Positions 1 through 13,019 of a stretch of DNA of 64,000 nt are shown here, piece after piece. The translations under genes were made by a program, and so were the position numbers. Origin of the DNA: Botryllus schlosseri (taxonomy: Eukaryota); assembly GCA_051294905.1 (NCBI GenBank), contig CM119372.1, positions 11,100,001 to 11,164,000 on the forward strand, read 5' to 3'. A model generated the notes under the pieces. It saw only the letters and a list, made by a program, of their open reading frames with translations. It was not told where the DNA came from and ran no database searches. The number at the start of each line of letters is the position of its first letter. Within the stretch, counting starts at the first letter, position 1.

Positions 1-495
1 TTGTATTGTATTGAATTCGAAAAATCACGAGGCAGTTTCGTTTCATTACTAGTAAAACTCCATAGCTCACATCAACACAATGGCCATCTGAGATAAAATA
101 TCCTGCTGTTCAGACTCATATTAATTGTGAAATTGCCAATAGCCTACTGATACAACTATTTTGCTGTTTCGAGATATTTGGTGCGATATTTGTTGCTATC
201 ATACCCAAATGTGACGCCGGAAGCGTCACCCGTTATTCGCCACCACCTATATTTGTGGGAACAGATTTTCGGCACTCGTTCATATCAAATTGAAGGCGTG
301 AATTTTCAAGACACGACCACGTATTTCAAGAAGTGCAGTTGCAGAATTCGCTTTGATATAATGGAGGTCAGCCTAATTTCTATAAGAATAGTATGATATT
401 ATTTTCAAGAAAAGACATTTTGTTGTTGTTTATCACTAAGCCTACACTTATCATTCGCACAAGACAGATGACGACTGCACGATAATTGAGCTAAA

Positions 496-580
496 TTTGA
501 GCTAAAACTTCGTAGGGGTCCGCGGGGGTCTGTAACGGTCTGAAAGCGGTCCGCGAAGACAAAAAGGTTGAGAAACACTG
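496..580. mobile_element. Terminal fragment of a hAT (Charlie/Buster-type) MITE
   Basis: Ends in AAAAAGGTTGAGAAACACTG followed by ATCTAGAC. The other end lies outside the window or is lost. Confidence 0.55.
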
Positions 581-914
581 ATCTAGACACTACAACAGAA
601 TGCTTGAGACATATTTAGTCGGTACAGATGGACATCATAACTGCAGCTAGGCAAAATGATGTACCGTACTGATTTGATTTTCAGTCAAGGATTGGCCTTC
701 GAGTCAAGTAATTCAGGGTCATTCAAAAAAAGACATCAATCTGATCATGTTGCGCGCATTGTGGAAATAAAAAAAATTTACTTCAGATTTAGAAAAACAG
801 CTCAATCGCATCAAATACAGTATGCCATTCCACGCCAGGCTCATTATTAGCAGTAATGCTTCAATGATCTAGCACAGTAGTTCCCAAAGGGGGCGACATG
901 GATTATATACATAC

Positions 915-1003
915 CATACGTAATGAAGTCAATTCCTTGTCTGTTCGATCCAGCTTTGACTTGAGTGATTCAATAAGCTCGTCTCTTCTCTTAATTTCAT
1001 CAC
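915..1003 (-). CDS. CCDC62: CCDC62-like exon (GDEIKRRDELIESLKSKLDRTDKELTSLRM); gene continues past the left edge
   Basis: Not in the ORF track. Acceptor TTTTTCATGGTCAG, donor ATG|GTATGT. 89 nt, phase 1 to phase 0. Resembles CCDC62 EKRKDELLNIAKSKQERTNSELHNLR. Confidence 0.85.
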
Positions 1004-1091
1004 CTGACCATGAAAAACGCTAGTATAATTCCATGCATCTGTACTGAATGAATTTTAATCATTCCAAAATCGAAACCAAATAACGTGTGAC

Positions 1092-2419
1092 CAGTGGCGT
1101 ATCCAGGGGGGGGTTTTAGGGGGTCGGAACCCCCCCCTTTTCAAAATCCTAAAAATTCATGTTAAATATAGCCTCTAATATTTGCTAATTTATTAGTTCA
1201 ACATATTCATTTTTACGTATGAGAAGGCGAATATGGCGTCTTGATGTTATTTAAGGGGACTAAAACCCCTACAAAATATTGGAATTATGCGCCGAATTAG
1301 TCGAAAGGATAAAATAGGTCGTTATATTTCGCTAATTGCGTACGAATTCTGCGCTTGTTCAGCTACATTTCAGATGTGGCAGATGCTGACGTTCACAACT
1401 TTCTTCCCTCGATTTCTCTCTCGCCTTACTAAAACGAGAGACGCATTTTAGGAAAATCTAATCTAATTGGCCGACGCGATACCGCCGATACGTAATTGCA
1501 AAGACAAAGTTGTCGGCAATGAACATCGCCCGCGAATTCGCTACACCTGCTCGCCTTGAAATCCTAATTAAGAATTGCACGGCGTGTTGATTGATCAGCG
1601 AGACGCAGACAAGGCGGCACCGGTACGACAATGCTGTTCTCAAATCCACATTGTCTTCGCGATTATCGGCGAGAAATGCCCTACGATTGACATTCACATT
1701 TCAAAATACAAGCCTAGCAATCCACGTTCTCGATTGTTAGGTGGCTTGCTGTCGTCCAAATACAGGCCTATGTTGCCGCTGAACGGGAGAATTGAGTAGG
1801 CCTATTAGTAAAGTTAACGTAATGATATCGGCTGACAAGGTCCTCTGTCGCTCAAGTTATTATCCCAGTGTGTACTCTGTATTAATAGAGCGACTTGCGT
1901 GCCTACAATTAAGGGCTAATTATCTTCGCGCGTACTAAACGCTCAACCGTGCGGCTGATAAAGCCATCGAAATGCACACATTCGTGTGCAGCTGTACACT
2001 CCACACCTCTCTGTGGCGATCGCGATCGCCCTCGTGTATGCTACCGCACTATTCCGCGCTTGTTCGTCCGCTGCGATACTACCGGCTGTGCGCATAATAT
2101 AGTCAAAACCTAACAAAATCGTGCATCTCTGGTCGGAACTAGGCGCTTGGAGACCGGCGGCGTTAGTCGGCTCATGACTAAATGTGAGCATTTACGAATT
2201 TCGTTCAATCATAACGTAAAAACATAACGTAAAAATTTCAGGCATTGTCTGTATCGAATTCGTACATCTCCCACTCACCGCAAATCTCTTTTAATTATTG
2301 AACTATAATATATCGTAAATATTCGCCTTGGCGTGTAGACGAGTGATCGTAATTATGACGTCATAATAGGTGATTTCACTCAAAACCCCCCCCTTTTTCG
2401 CGCTCTGGATACGCGCCTG
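1092..2419. mobile_element. Non-autonomous hAT-type element
   Basis: Termini CAGTGGCGTATCCAG / CTGGATACGCGCCTG; perfect 8-bp TSD CGTGTGAC. Confidence 0.9.
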
Positions 2420-2526
2420 CGTGTGACGGTCAGAGTCACCAACGCTTCAAGCACAAATCAAAATCCGATCATTATATCACGTATAGCTGAAACCAATCAA
2501 AATGCTAATACTAAAGAGGTATTTAC

Positions 2527-2628
2527 CTTTAAGCGAAGATTCACTTTGCAATGCCTGCACTTGTTCTTGAAACTTGCCATTTTCCCTTTTACTCTGTCGC
2601 GACTCATTAGTGCTTTGCAACAGCTCTC
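2527..2628 (-). CDS. CCDC62: CCDC62-like exon (RELLQSTNESRQSKRENGKFQEQVQALQSESSLK)
   Basis: Acceptor TATTTCTCAAG, donor AAAG|GTAAAT. 102 nt, phase 1 to phase 1. Confidence 0.75.
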
Positions 2629-2890
2629 CTTGAGAAATACGGGCGTGAAAATTACGTGATAAACTGTCTATGCTGGTTCTATTCTCATGCCATTTCAGAA
2701 TTACACTCATCATCCATTGAACCATAGATATTGATAGAACACCGGTATAAAGATAACATATGCATGAAAAACAGATACAGGCATGTAGTATTTTTGTAGC
2801 TTTATTTCAAATACAAGAACAAACAATTAACGTAGTCAGTGTTGCTTATTGCTATGTAAGCTACGCAATATTTACAAATAAACGACCTAC

Positions 2891-3164
2891 GTTTAAGACC
2901 GGCAACTTGGGACTTGGCCAGTGTCGACTTCGATCTCTCCTCTTCCAAGTCAAAACGCAATATATCCTCCTTCCGCTTGCGGTCTTGAACCTCAGTTTCG
3001 AGGGCTTTGACTTTTCTCTTCAGTGCGAACACATATTCTCCAGCTTCGTAAATTTCTTTCTCTTTTTCTCGCAAGACGTTGGAAAATTTCTGCTCTCTGC
3101 TTTCCAAGTCGTGAATCCTACCGGACATGTCGCTAAGCGAGTCGTTGAGCGAATCATTTTTTTC
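2891..3164 (-). CDS. CCDC62: CCDC62-like exon (EKNDSLNDSLSDMSGRIHDLESREQKF...VAGLK)
   Basis: Acceptor CATTTAAAG, donor C|GTAGG. 274 nt, phase 0 to phase 1. Resembles CCDC62 NETLSNTLVELSAQVGQLQAREQ. Confidence 0.85.
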
Positions 3165-3511
3165 CTTTAAATGACACGATACAGTCATTTACAATACGGA
3201 AATTCAAGATCAACGACATACAATAACAAACTAGACATTTTTAGGGGCGGATCATTCATTTATTTCCGATTCACTGCATAAATTCATAATCATCTTTCAG
3301 TGTATCACTATTTATAGCATCAGTTCGGATCCCAGTGTTACCGCAACCACGTATAAAATGGACTATTTATCTGTAAATGGCAATATGAGGAAACCGGTAT
3401 CAACAGGAGTATTTTAATATCAAAAATGAAAGGAAACATACCAAGTCTACAAGATTACCAGCGAATAAATTGTGGATATTACTCACATAAATCACCATTG
3501 ATAATAAAAAT

Positions 3512-5531
3512 CAGGGTTGTAACCAAGTCACAAGGCTCCGAGTCACAAGTCAATCTCACTATTATTGTTTTGACTCGAGTCAAGCCGAGTCATTTTCAAT
3601 TTGCCACCGAGTCAAGTCCGAGTCCAAGTATTATGTATTATGACTCGAGTCGAGTCCAAGTCATTGTGTTGACTAACCAGTTTTCCAGTTGAAGTCTTGT
3701 TAAATCAACTTTTTATAACTCTGGTTGGAGATATCGAATGGCTCGCTTTTATAATATACAAATTTTTCGCGTTTTTAGCAGTTTCTGATTGCATTTTCAA
3801 GTACCAGTACCAATAGAGCAGTGGTTCCCAAACGGTGGGGAATTCCCCACTGGTGGGGAATTCAATGGTTTCTGGTGGGGAATGGACGCATTTATTCAAA
3901 ATTATATACAGGACAGTCTATATATTCACGGAGACACATGCGCATTGCGCAATTACCTTTACCAGTTAACTGCTCTCGAATGTATGCATCGAAAATAATA
4001 TTGCGTGTTGTTCACAAAACCTCATTTTAACTCTGGATGGCCAATGATGGCGTCACAAACGCATCCAACACGACTAGTTTGACGTGAAATAAGGCATTCG
4101 AGAAATTTTGAGCGTTACTGGTATCGGTTCACAACACGTTTTATGTTGCAGTTATATAGGCGATTGTCTTGCGTACTGGTGTGGTTGTGTGTCTTGTGTA
4201 GTCAAACCAGCAAATAGCTGCTCTGTGATCACAAAAGTTTTGGGTAGTAGGGAACAGGACCGTAACTGTTGCAGCCCAAACCCCCCAATTGGGGTGGGGG
4301 CGAGCTCGAAGGGGCCCAAAATTATTTCGTGAATTAACATAAATTATAGAGTATTTTTTTGGACATTTATGCCACTTTTTCAAAATAAAATTGGCTGAAT
4401 ATCTTGATTATTGGGTACCCTTCCCCCACAAAACACGTAGAATTTATAGAAATGGAGACTTCGGCGTCGGCCATTACTGCGCCACGACGCACCAAGACAT
4501 ATGAAGTTTTAGGCCATGTAACATGCGACTCCGAGAGGTGTGCCAGAACGATCAGCAGCGAGAAGACCTTGCCCGAGACGGAATGCCCTTGTGGTGACCG
4601 AAAACTTCGATATATATAAGTTTAATTGTCCATAGGAGGCTAAATGGCTAGCGCCGAATGTTCCTTCCCTGCCGATCTGAACCCCACAGGACAAATGCCA
4701 TCCCACAGAGAAAAATCATTTTCCAGTAAAGCAATACCAATTTGAAATCGTGTGTTTTGGCGATTTCCATATCTTTTGACATAGCAGATATAGGAGGTCA
4801 CGAAATAGCATAACGTAACGAAGTCAATATACGAACGGGTCCGCCCGAAGAAGTTTAATTCTTATTTAGGGGTCCTGCCTTTTCCAACACACCTCACTCA
4901 GCTCTACCGGTAAATCTGATTACGTGAGCAGAGAGGGGATAAAAAATTGATAGCAAAATACATGTAATTCCCGATTATATTGACCGATTCAAACATGAAT
5001 TATAAAAAAATTTCGCGCTTTGCGCGTTTAGTCGAAATAAGGCGACGCACTAAACAGTAGATAAGTAGCGAGGAATACCGTACATGCTAAGGGGGCTGAG
5101 GCGAAAGCCCTCCACAAGTCTGGTTTTCACCCTGTGAGGCCCAAGACCAACTTTTTTTGGGGGGGTAGACCTGACGAAGTGCTGTTACGGTGTTGGTGGG
5201 GAATGAAGGCTCGGAATAAATCTGAAGTGGGGAATGAAGACAAAAAGGTTGGGAACCACTGCAATAGAGGAAATCCCAATAGTGTTGTTACTTTACTATT
5301 CTTCGAAATTACAATGAAATGTCTGTCTTGGCCGTCTGAGTCTCGAGTCATATGACTTGGTTCAAGTCATGCCCAATGACTCGAGTCCAATCGAGTCAAT
5401 ACAGATTTACTCGAGTCAAGTCTAGTCATTTTTGTATTTTGATAAAATAACTCAAGTCAAGTCGAGTCATCATAAAATCGTCACTCGAGTCAGACTCGAG
5501 TCGAGTCATGACTCGAGTCATTACAACCCTG
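3512..5531. mobile_element. hAT-type MITE (GACTCGAGTC-rich family) carrying a nested insertion
   Basis: TIR CAGGGTTGTAA / TTACAACCCTG; TSD ATAAAAAT. Same family at 20004 and 32794. Confidence 0.9.
3819..5261. mobile_element. Nested hAT (Charlie/Buster-type) non-autonomous element
   Basis: TIR CAGTGGTTCCCAA / TTGGGAACCACTG; TSD CAATAGAG. Confidence 0.9.
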
Positions 5532-6349
5532 ATAAAAATGTGTGACGCACTGCGTAGGTATTGATGGAATAGGTGGCTACCTCTCTACATCTATATCTGG
5601 CTACATCTACTACTACTGCTACTACATGAAGCTTAACTCTGCTCTCTGTCATTCTGCAATAACTCCACCTTAGGTGGTAGGTAACAAAGTACTTTACATC
5701 TACGGAGTAGCCAGCTCAAGTAGATTTTGTCTACTTTGACCAAAATCGTTTATACACTCATAAGCACCCATACCGCCAGACACCCTTGAAAAAATTGACC
5801 CCCCTTCTCCCCAAAATCACAGGTTATTTTTCATGGCACATGGCTGAATGCCATAGAAAATATAAACAATGCATAAATTGCACGCACACTCACTGTCTAT
5901 AATGAGCCATGCCCTGTCTCTCTATCAAACTTGGCACACAAAGTATAAAAAGTTTCAATGTAGTTCTGCTTTTACATTGGACACTTGCGAAAGTGTGCAA
6001 CAGCAATATTGATCAATAAAATGAGGACCTTGGTAATATGACCAATGTTATCAAATACTCATACAGCATTGCTCCGTACCCGAAAAAAATATTCCAAGTA
6101 GAAGAAAGTTTAGATATGTATTTCTGAAACATACTTAGGTCCCCTCTACTCATATTACTCATGCTGTAAAAGTAATTGTGGCTGAAAAATAGCTGAAAAA
6201 ATAGCTAAAATAGCCTAGTGATATCACCTCAAACAAGGAGTGTCACATAATAAATAGGACACATTTTCCGCTAAAAAGGTAGTCTCTTCTGTGGTGAATA
6301 GGCTGAGTTTTCAACAGCAGTCACAATCATGTAGCCGTGAAACAATTAC

Positions 6350-6516
6350 CTTAAGATCATTGGCTTCAGAATTTGTAATGCAGGCATCTTCTTCCAACTG
6401 CTTCATTCTTGCAACAACATTTTGAAGTTGATTATGGGTGCTCTTATGCTTGGTGTCAGACAGTTTAATGAAATGGATGAGCTGCTTTATCTGTTGACTC
6501 CTTTTCTTCAACTCAG
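6350..6516 (-). CDS. CCDC62: CCDC62-like exon (SELKKRSQQIKQL...SEANDLK)
   Basis: Acceptor TTTCATTTCAG, donor AAG|GTAATT. 167 nt, phase 1 to phase 0, in frame with both neighbours. Coiled-coil composition. Confidence 0.85.
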
Positions 6517-7222
6517 CTGAAATGAAACAGATACAAATGCCCAACTGCAGATTAGCGTTGCCGGGATGTATTTGAATCATATTAACATTTCGACAAACTA
6601 TACATAGCCTATGCGTTCAACACTGACCGTGTGAGACCATAACTTTGACCAGACAGTAGGCCTCTGTATACTGATCAGAGGTGGTCATAGTAGTCAAGAA
6701 GGCTACTCAAGTAGAAGTAGAAATTTAGTGACCCAAAAATCTACTCAAGTACGAGTAGAAGTACTCTTTTTAAAAGCAACCTAAAACTACTTGAAGTACA
6801 AGTAGAATTTCCTGGCTTAAAATCTACTCAAGTAAGTAAGTAGTTTTGAGAACGCTCATAATATGTTCGCATGGACTGAAAAAAGCTGCAAATTGAGCGG
6901 AGAGCTTGATTCATATTGATGCATCACATGAGGTACCAATTTTCGAAGGCATGAGCATTCGTATGTATCATTGGGTGCAAAAGACAATGCTATGGACACT
7001 AACCTTTGTTTACCCGAACACCCCGTTTTAGAAAACGCCATGGTGCGGCGCCTTCACCCATATTATAAGGCCCATAGTTTAGTGGAAGGGCAATACCAAG
7101 AAGCTGTAGCGAGATTAGTATACATTATTCAAAAATATAACGGATCGTAAAAATGCCATCCCATAGCGTAATTTTATTTTCGGAAAATACTACACTTGCT
7201 TTTAAACTTCAACATGTAGGTT

Positions 7223-9972
7223 CAGTGGCGTAGACAGGGGGGGGGTAATCGGTGTCCGATACCCCCCGTTTCCAAGCTCGAAATACCCCCGTCTTACATA
7301 TATTTCCATTGATCTAATATTTCTTGTTCTTATTCGATAATCCCCTAATTGCCGCGCGGCATCATCACGCCATCGATCAATCAGACAATGCAGTGCGGTC
7401 AAGCCTTTTTCTCATATTGTTCTCTCGTATACGGAAGCCCGAAAAACGCATCTCACATGGCTCTCCCGTCTCATCTGAACGATATTATCCAGTTACAGAA
7501 CCAGAAGTCACAGGAACAATAACACTCGCATTGAAATTTCGATACCGCGCGAGTTGGTTTTCGTGTTTGACAATCTATAGTCAACAAACGTTGAGAACAT
7601 GCGCGCTGGGCTTGTATCATTAGAGATAGCAGATCCCTACAGTACCAAAACAGATCGTACTAATCAAATGTTCTGTATTGATCCAATTTGCGATCATTTA
7701 GTTCGGTTGTTGTGTGTGGGTTTCCAGATCTCCAGCCGTTTCGTGTCTCAGGCCTCAGGCACATCTGCTGATTGTCCTGTTATAACGCGCTTGACCAGTA
7801 GTAAAAACATCGGAGGCTAGGAAAATTAGGCCGCTCCGTGACTCGCGGCGCGTGATAGTGCTACTCGATGTACTATTGTAATGACCAGAAGTTATAGTCT
7901 TGGCCTCGACAATTCGCAATTGTCACTTCTGCACCGCAAACGCGTTTAGGAATGCATTTTGATCGCGAGCCTAAGCCTAAGCCAGGCCACTGTTATTCAC
8001 GTGATGCAATCGCACAAGCTCGAGCGGTAATTAGTCTTTACCATCTCCACACACCAAAAATACTACACCATCTTGGCAGACAGTAAAAATCATATTGATT
8101 TAAAAAAAAATTAATCCAGATTGTTTGTATCAAACGGCAACAGACTATAATTCATTTGCGCGTCTTCACTGTTCGAGTGTTCGTGTTTGAGCGCAAAATG
8201 GAGAGATCTTTCGCTGTGCTGTAATATGATCTGCGCGCACTTTCGTGATTACATCCTTGCTTTGGTAATTAAGGTCAAGATTAGAGCCCGACCGATTATC
8301 GGCTCGCCGATAATATCGAGTCGATATTACGCTTGGAGAGAAATATCGGTATCGGCCATTGAAGTTAAAAATATATCGGTCATTTTCGTGACGTCACAAC
8401 ATGATGGCAGGGAGTCAGAGAAGTCGATAGAAGACGTGAGGACGGTAAATTATAAAAATAAATGGCTAAGCTGCATATAGTGCATACTGCATACCGGGCA
8501 GTAGGCGTGCCTATCTGAAAAATATTATAGATAACTAACCACCGTTATGCCCCACTGACTTCGTGGGAATCCCCCTGGAGTAATCGATCACCAAAGACAG
8601 AGAGCAGCTGTTGTCTGCAGAAGATTTCAATCAGTAAGAGAAATGGGAACTTCAATCATGCTGGACTGACCCTCGTGATGATAGAGAAAAGCATGGCGTC
8701 GAAACATTTCTCTGAAGATAGTGCTACTGGTTCGGTACCAACAGAGCTAATTATACCAGTAATGTATGAAGTCGTCTGACTGAGGCCTGCGGGGCCACCA
8801 TGATAGGAAATAGGCGAGCATAGAGGGCAAGAAAATCAAGCAAACGTGGAGTAAAGCCAATAATTGATACGAAAATTTTTGATTCCGTGATGACATTGGC
8901 CAACTCTGACAAAAGAGCGTAAAATATTGATCAGTTGATTGTTGAAATGCTGGTCATGGTCAAGGCCCAAGGGGGATGGGTGGAGCAGTTGCAGATGTGG
9001 ACAATATGAGTTGTTTTGCACACTCTCTTCAGCTATTTGTTAATGATGTGCTGAAGGCTCCAGGTGCACTGCCAGAAGATTATCAATATTAATATCAATA
9101 TTTGGTGAAACCATTGAAGGAAAGATCCCCTGCAAGGGAGCGGTGGAACCGAAATGAAGAAAGATTTCCAATTCTTGCTGTGCCACTAACTATGGTACCA
9201 AGTGAAAGACTGCTCTCTATGTTTAGTACTAAACACATCATTTATGGAAGACCACAGAAGTTCACTCCTTGGAGAGAAAGGGCCGAGAAATTGTGCTTCG
9301 TGAACTGTAATCTGCAACTGCTGGATTGGTGCTTTTGATATATTTTTATAGCCCCTAGATCATTTATTTCATGTTCAAGCATATCAATGGCTGTAAAGTT
9401 GTTGAAATAAATGCTCTGAGGTGTTACATATGGGCCTTGAGCTAGATTCCATATCTTTTGAATATCGGCTGAATATATCGGGGTTATCGGTGGAGGTACT
9501 GGATATCGGTCTTATCGGTATCGGCTCAGAAATCCAATATCGGTAAGGCTCTAGTCAAGATACCTCGCTGTCATTGAAATTTGTTTGCTACTTCCATCTG
9601 ATCTGATACATTGTGATTTGCGAGGTGATCATCGATCACCTGCTGAGTTGAGACATGATTCGAGCGCGTTTTGTATCAAGATACGCGCGCATGAAACTCG
9701 CTGTCGGCAAATAGTGGCGCGCAAGGCAAAAGCGCCTTCCGTTTGTTACTGTAGCATGCGACTGCGCATAATAGAGCTATATTTTAAGATAACTGGCAAA
9801 TGTTCATGTGTATAAAGACGTAAACACAAACGAGATTATCTTACCCTTGTTGTATCGGCATTTGTGTGTATTAAACCGCAATAAAGTGGTTAGCATAAAG
9901 AATATCATCTTTTCAAAAAATATCCCCGTTTTAATAAATATCCCCCGTTTTTTTCGGCTGGCTACGCCCCTG
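7223..9972. mobile_element. Nested hAT-type non-autonomous element
   Basis: Termini CAGTGGCGTAG / CTACGCCCCTG; TSD TGTAGGTT. Confidence 0.9.
8282..9553 (+). mobile_element. Internally deleted hAT (Ac/ZBED-type) transposon with transposase relics
   Basis: Termini TAGAGCCCGACCGAT / ATCGGTAAGGCTCTA; TSD GTCAAGAT. Relic CxxH motif MSCFAHSLQL near 9006-9035, and a dimerisation-domain relic RWNRNEERFPILA..VPSERL..ERAEKLCFVNCNL at 9102-9338. Confidence 0.9.
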
Positions 9973-10041
9973 TGTAGGTTCCCCAAATCCAGACAAAGGC
10001 ACTGAAACTAATGATACTGCGAACTGAACGAGATATACAAT

Positions 10042-12448
10042 TAGGGTGGAGTGAAAAATGGAAAATTTTGAATTTCAAAACGGACACTTGATATGTGGTG
10101 CCAAATTGAAAAAAAATAATTTCTATAATAATTTTGGGCTCGTGCACCCTCTAGTGGTCGTGCAATTGCACCGAACGAGCCAAAAATAGCTAATTTTGTT
10201 ATATATTGATTACTGCTTATCCTAGAAAGCTGGTTTTGGGCTTAAAAGATGCGGAAGCAACAAGTTTCTATCTCACTTCCACAGAACTTTGTCTTAAAAA
10301 TGAACAGAAAAAAAGTTACAAGCAAATTATTGATTTTTAGGCTGTTTTAGGTAAAATTAGGCACTGAAGTAGGCGCTATTATGCCACAAGCTTGTAGTGA
10401 TTGATCTTATGACTGACAACTCTATATTAAAAGCACATAAATTGCAAATCCATATTGAAAACACAAAAACATCAATTCTATATTGAAAAAAGATATATTT
10501 CGAATGTGGTTTCACTACCAGAGTATTAGTCTGCGTAAACTTTAAAATCTTGTTTCGTAATAAAGGATTTCATCTGCTTTCGAGATTTCAGTTTTTGTGT
10601 GATGAGGCCATCTCTACGTTCAAATCCCGACACAAGGGCAATCGGCATATGCTTCGGTCACCACTTTAACGTCTCTTTCCACTGCCTGGTTGTGCCAAGG
10701 ATGATTGATCCTTAATGGTGATGACCTTAGATTTTCCAGTTCGAGATATGAAAAGTTTTTGATTGCTGGTGGCTTTTCCACATCTTTTAGATGCAAGCTG
10801 ACAATTTGGTGGTATAATTTGGCCTTGATGTTTATAATTGGGATTTTTAACAATCTGATTCTAGTGTCAACGTTGTTTTTAGGTTTCGGTTCATTAACAT
10901 ATCCTCCTTCTAAGTCGTCAATTGGAATCTGATATTCTGTTTGATCTGCTCATAGTTGTAGTCTTGCAAGTCTTCTGAGGCCTTCATCATCATCACCGAG
11001 CATTCCCAGATGTGCAAAACATGCCTTTTGTTTTAGCAAAGATAGTGCAAGGTCACGAATTGTGTATTAGAAAGCTTTTGTAACATGGGAAACTATGTTG
11101 CAGAAGTTTTTAGCACCATCAACAATGGAATTGTGCCTTTTTATTTCAAACCATGACGGAAAATAAACCTCAATGCAGAATTGAGTAAGATAGTTCAGAT
11201 TACCTGATGGATGACTCTGTCCCACATAGAACATGCCAAATTTTGAGGTTCTATACATAGCATACATGTGCGACAGAGTCATCCGTCAAGCAATCTGAAC
11301 TATCTTGCTTAATTCTGCATGGAGTTTTATTTTCCGTCATGGTTTGAAATAAAAAGTCACAATTCCATTGTTGATGGTGCTAAAACTTGTGTAACATAGT
11401 TTCCCATATTACAAAGCTTTCTGATACACGAATTCGCAACCTTGCACTACCTTTGCTACAACGAAAAGCATATTTTGCACATCCGGATAATGTTTTTTGG
11501 GCATGCTCGGTGATGATGATGAAGGCCTCGGAAGACTTGCAAGATTACAACTATGAGCTGATCAAACAGAATGTCAGATTCCAATTAGCGACTTTGAAGG
11601 AGTATCTGTTAATGAAACGAAACCTAAAAACAACGTTGACACTAGAATCAGATTGTTTAAAATCCCAATTATAAACATCAAGGCCAAATCATACCACTAA
11701 ATTGTCAACTTGAATCTAAAAGATATGGAACAGCCACCGGCAATCAAAGACTCGCCATGTCTCGAGATGGAAAATCTAAGGTCATCTCCTCAAACATCCC
11801 TGGCACAACCAGGCAGTGGAAAGAGGCGTAAAGTGGTGACCAAAGCATCTGCCCATGTGTCGGGATTTAACCGTAGAGATGGCTTAATCAGCGAAAAACT
11901 GAGGTCTCAAAAACAGATGAAATCCTTTAATACGAAACAAGATTTCAAAGTTTGCGCAGACTAATACTCTGGTAGTGAAACCATCTTCGAAATATATCTT
12001 TTTTCAATATAGAATTGATGATTTTGTGTTTTCAATATGGATTTGCAATATATGTGCTTTTAATATAGAGTTGTCAGTCATAAGATCAATCACTACAAGC
12101 TTGTGGCATAATAGCGCCTGCTTCATTGCCTAATTTTACCTAAAAACAGCCTAAAAATCAATAATTTACTTGTAACTTTTTTCTGTTCATTTTTAAGACA
12201 AAGTTCTGTGGAAGTGAGATAGAAACTTGTTGCTTCCGCATCTTTTAAGCCCAAAACCAGCTTTCTAGTGCAAGCAGTAATCAATATATAGCAAAATTAG
12301 CTATTTTTGGCTCGTTCGGTGCAATTGCACGACCACTAGAGGGTGCACGAGCCCAAAATTATTATAGAAATTATTTTTTTTCAATTTGGCACCACATATC
12401 AAGTGTCCGTTTTGAAATTCAAAATTTTCCATTTTTCACTCCACCCTA
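10042..12448. mobile_element. Foldback element made of two inverted 3' ends of a divergent hAT-like (hATm-like) transposon
   Basis: Inverted arms of about 1.19 kb with a spacer of about 35 bp. Termini (T)TAGGGTGGAGTG; TSD (A)TATACAA. Both arms encode decayed AYFAHPDN and HNQAVERDVKVVTEAS...RRDGLI...FNTKQDF. Confidence 0.85.
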
Positions 12449-13019
12449 ATATACAAACACCATTTCTGAAAAGTGAAAAATGTGTTACATGTCTCTTGTC
12501 CAGATAGCTTCAATAGTCGTCAGCGAAAATTTTTCCAGATTAGGACACGCCATGCTAGGCTGCTAGATTACTATGTGATAGGTAAATACTGGATTGTGAA
12601 ACTACTAGTTTCAAATGTTATGATGAGTCATAATTATTTACTGTGATGAACTATTTCATATGGACGACAATGCGGTGTGACTAAAGGGAGCCGCGCTACA
12701 GCTACCTAAATTATAGCCTATTCACAAATACTTTCGTGAAAACATAGGCTACTTGACAGTCATATCTACTTTGCGCGAAGCGCGAAGAAAATTCAGGGCT
12801 TTAGTTCACTTTTATGAATATTAAATGTTGGTTCCAATCGGACGATTACACTACTTCTACTTGAAAACTGAAAATAGCGAAAAGTAAGTAAGTTACAAAA
12901 TATTACGAAGTAGAAGTGGCGGAAATTAGATTTACTTAAGTACCACAAGTAGTGTAAAACTACTAGAGTACTTCGAAAAAGTAAAAGTACTTCGTTACAG
13001 ACCACCTCTCATACTGATC

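Larger units (their letters stand above)
6676..13010. mobile_element. hAT-type MITE (AGTAGAAGTA-rich family) expanded to 6.3 kb by nested insertions
   Basis: Termini CAGAGGTGGTC / GACCACCTCTC; TSD ATACTGAT. Same family at 46833-57790, with relics near 21255 and 59630. Confidence 0.88.
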
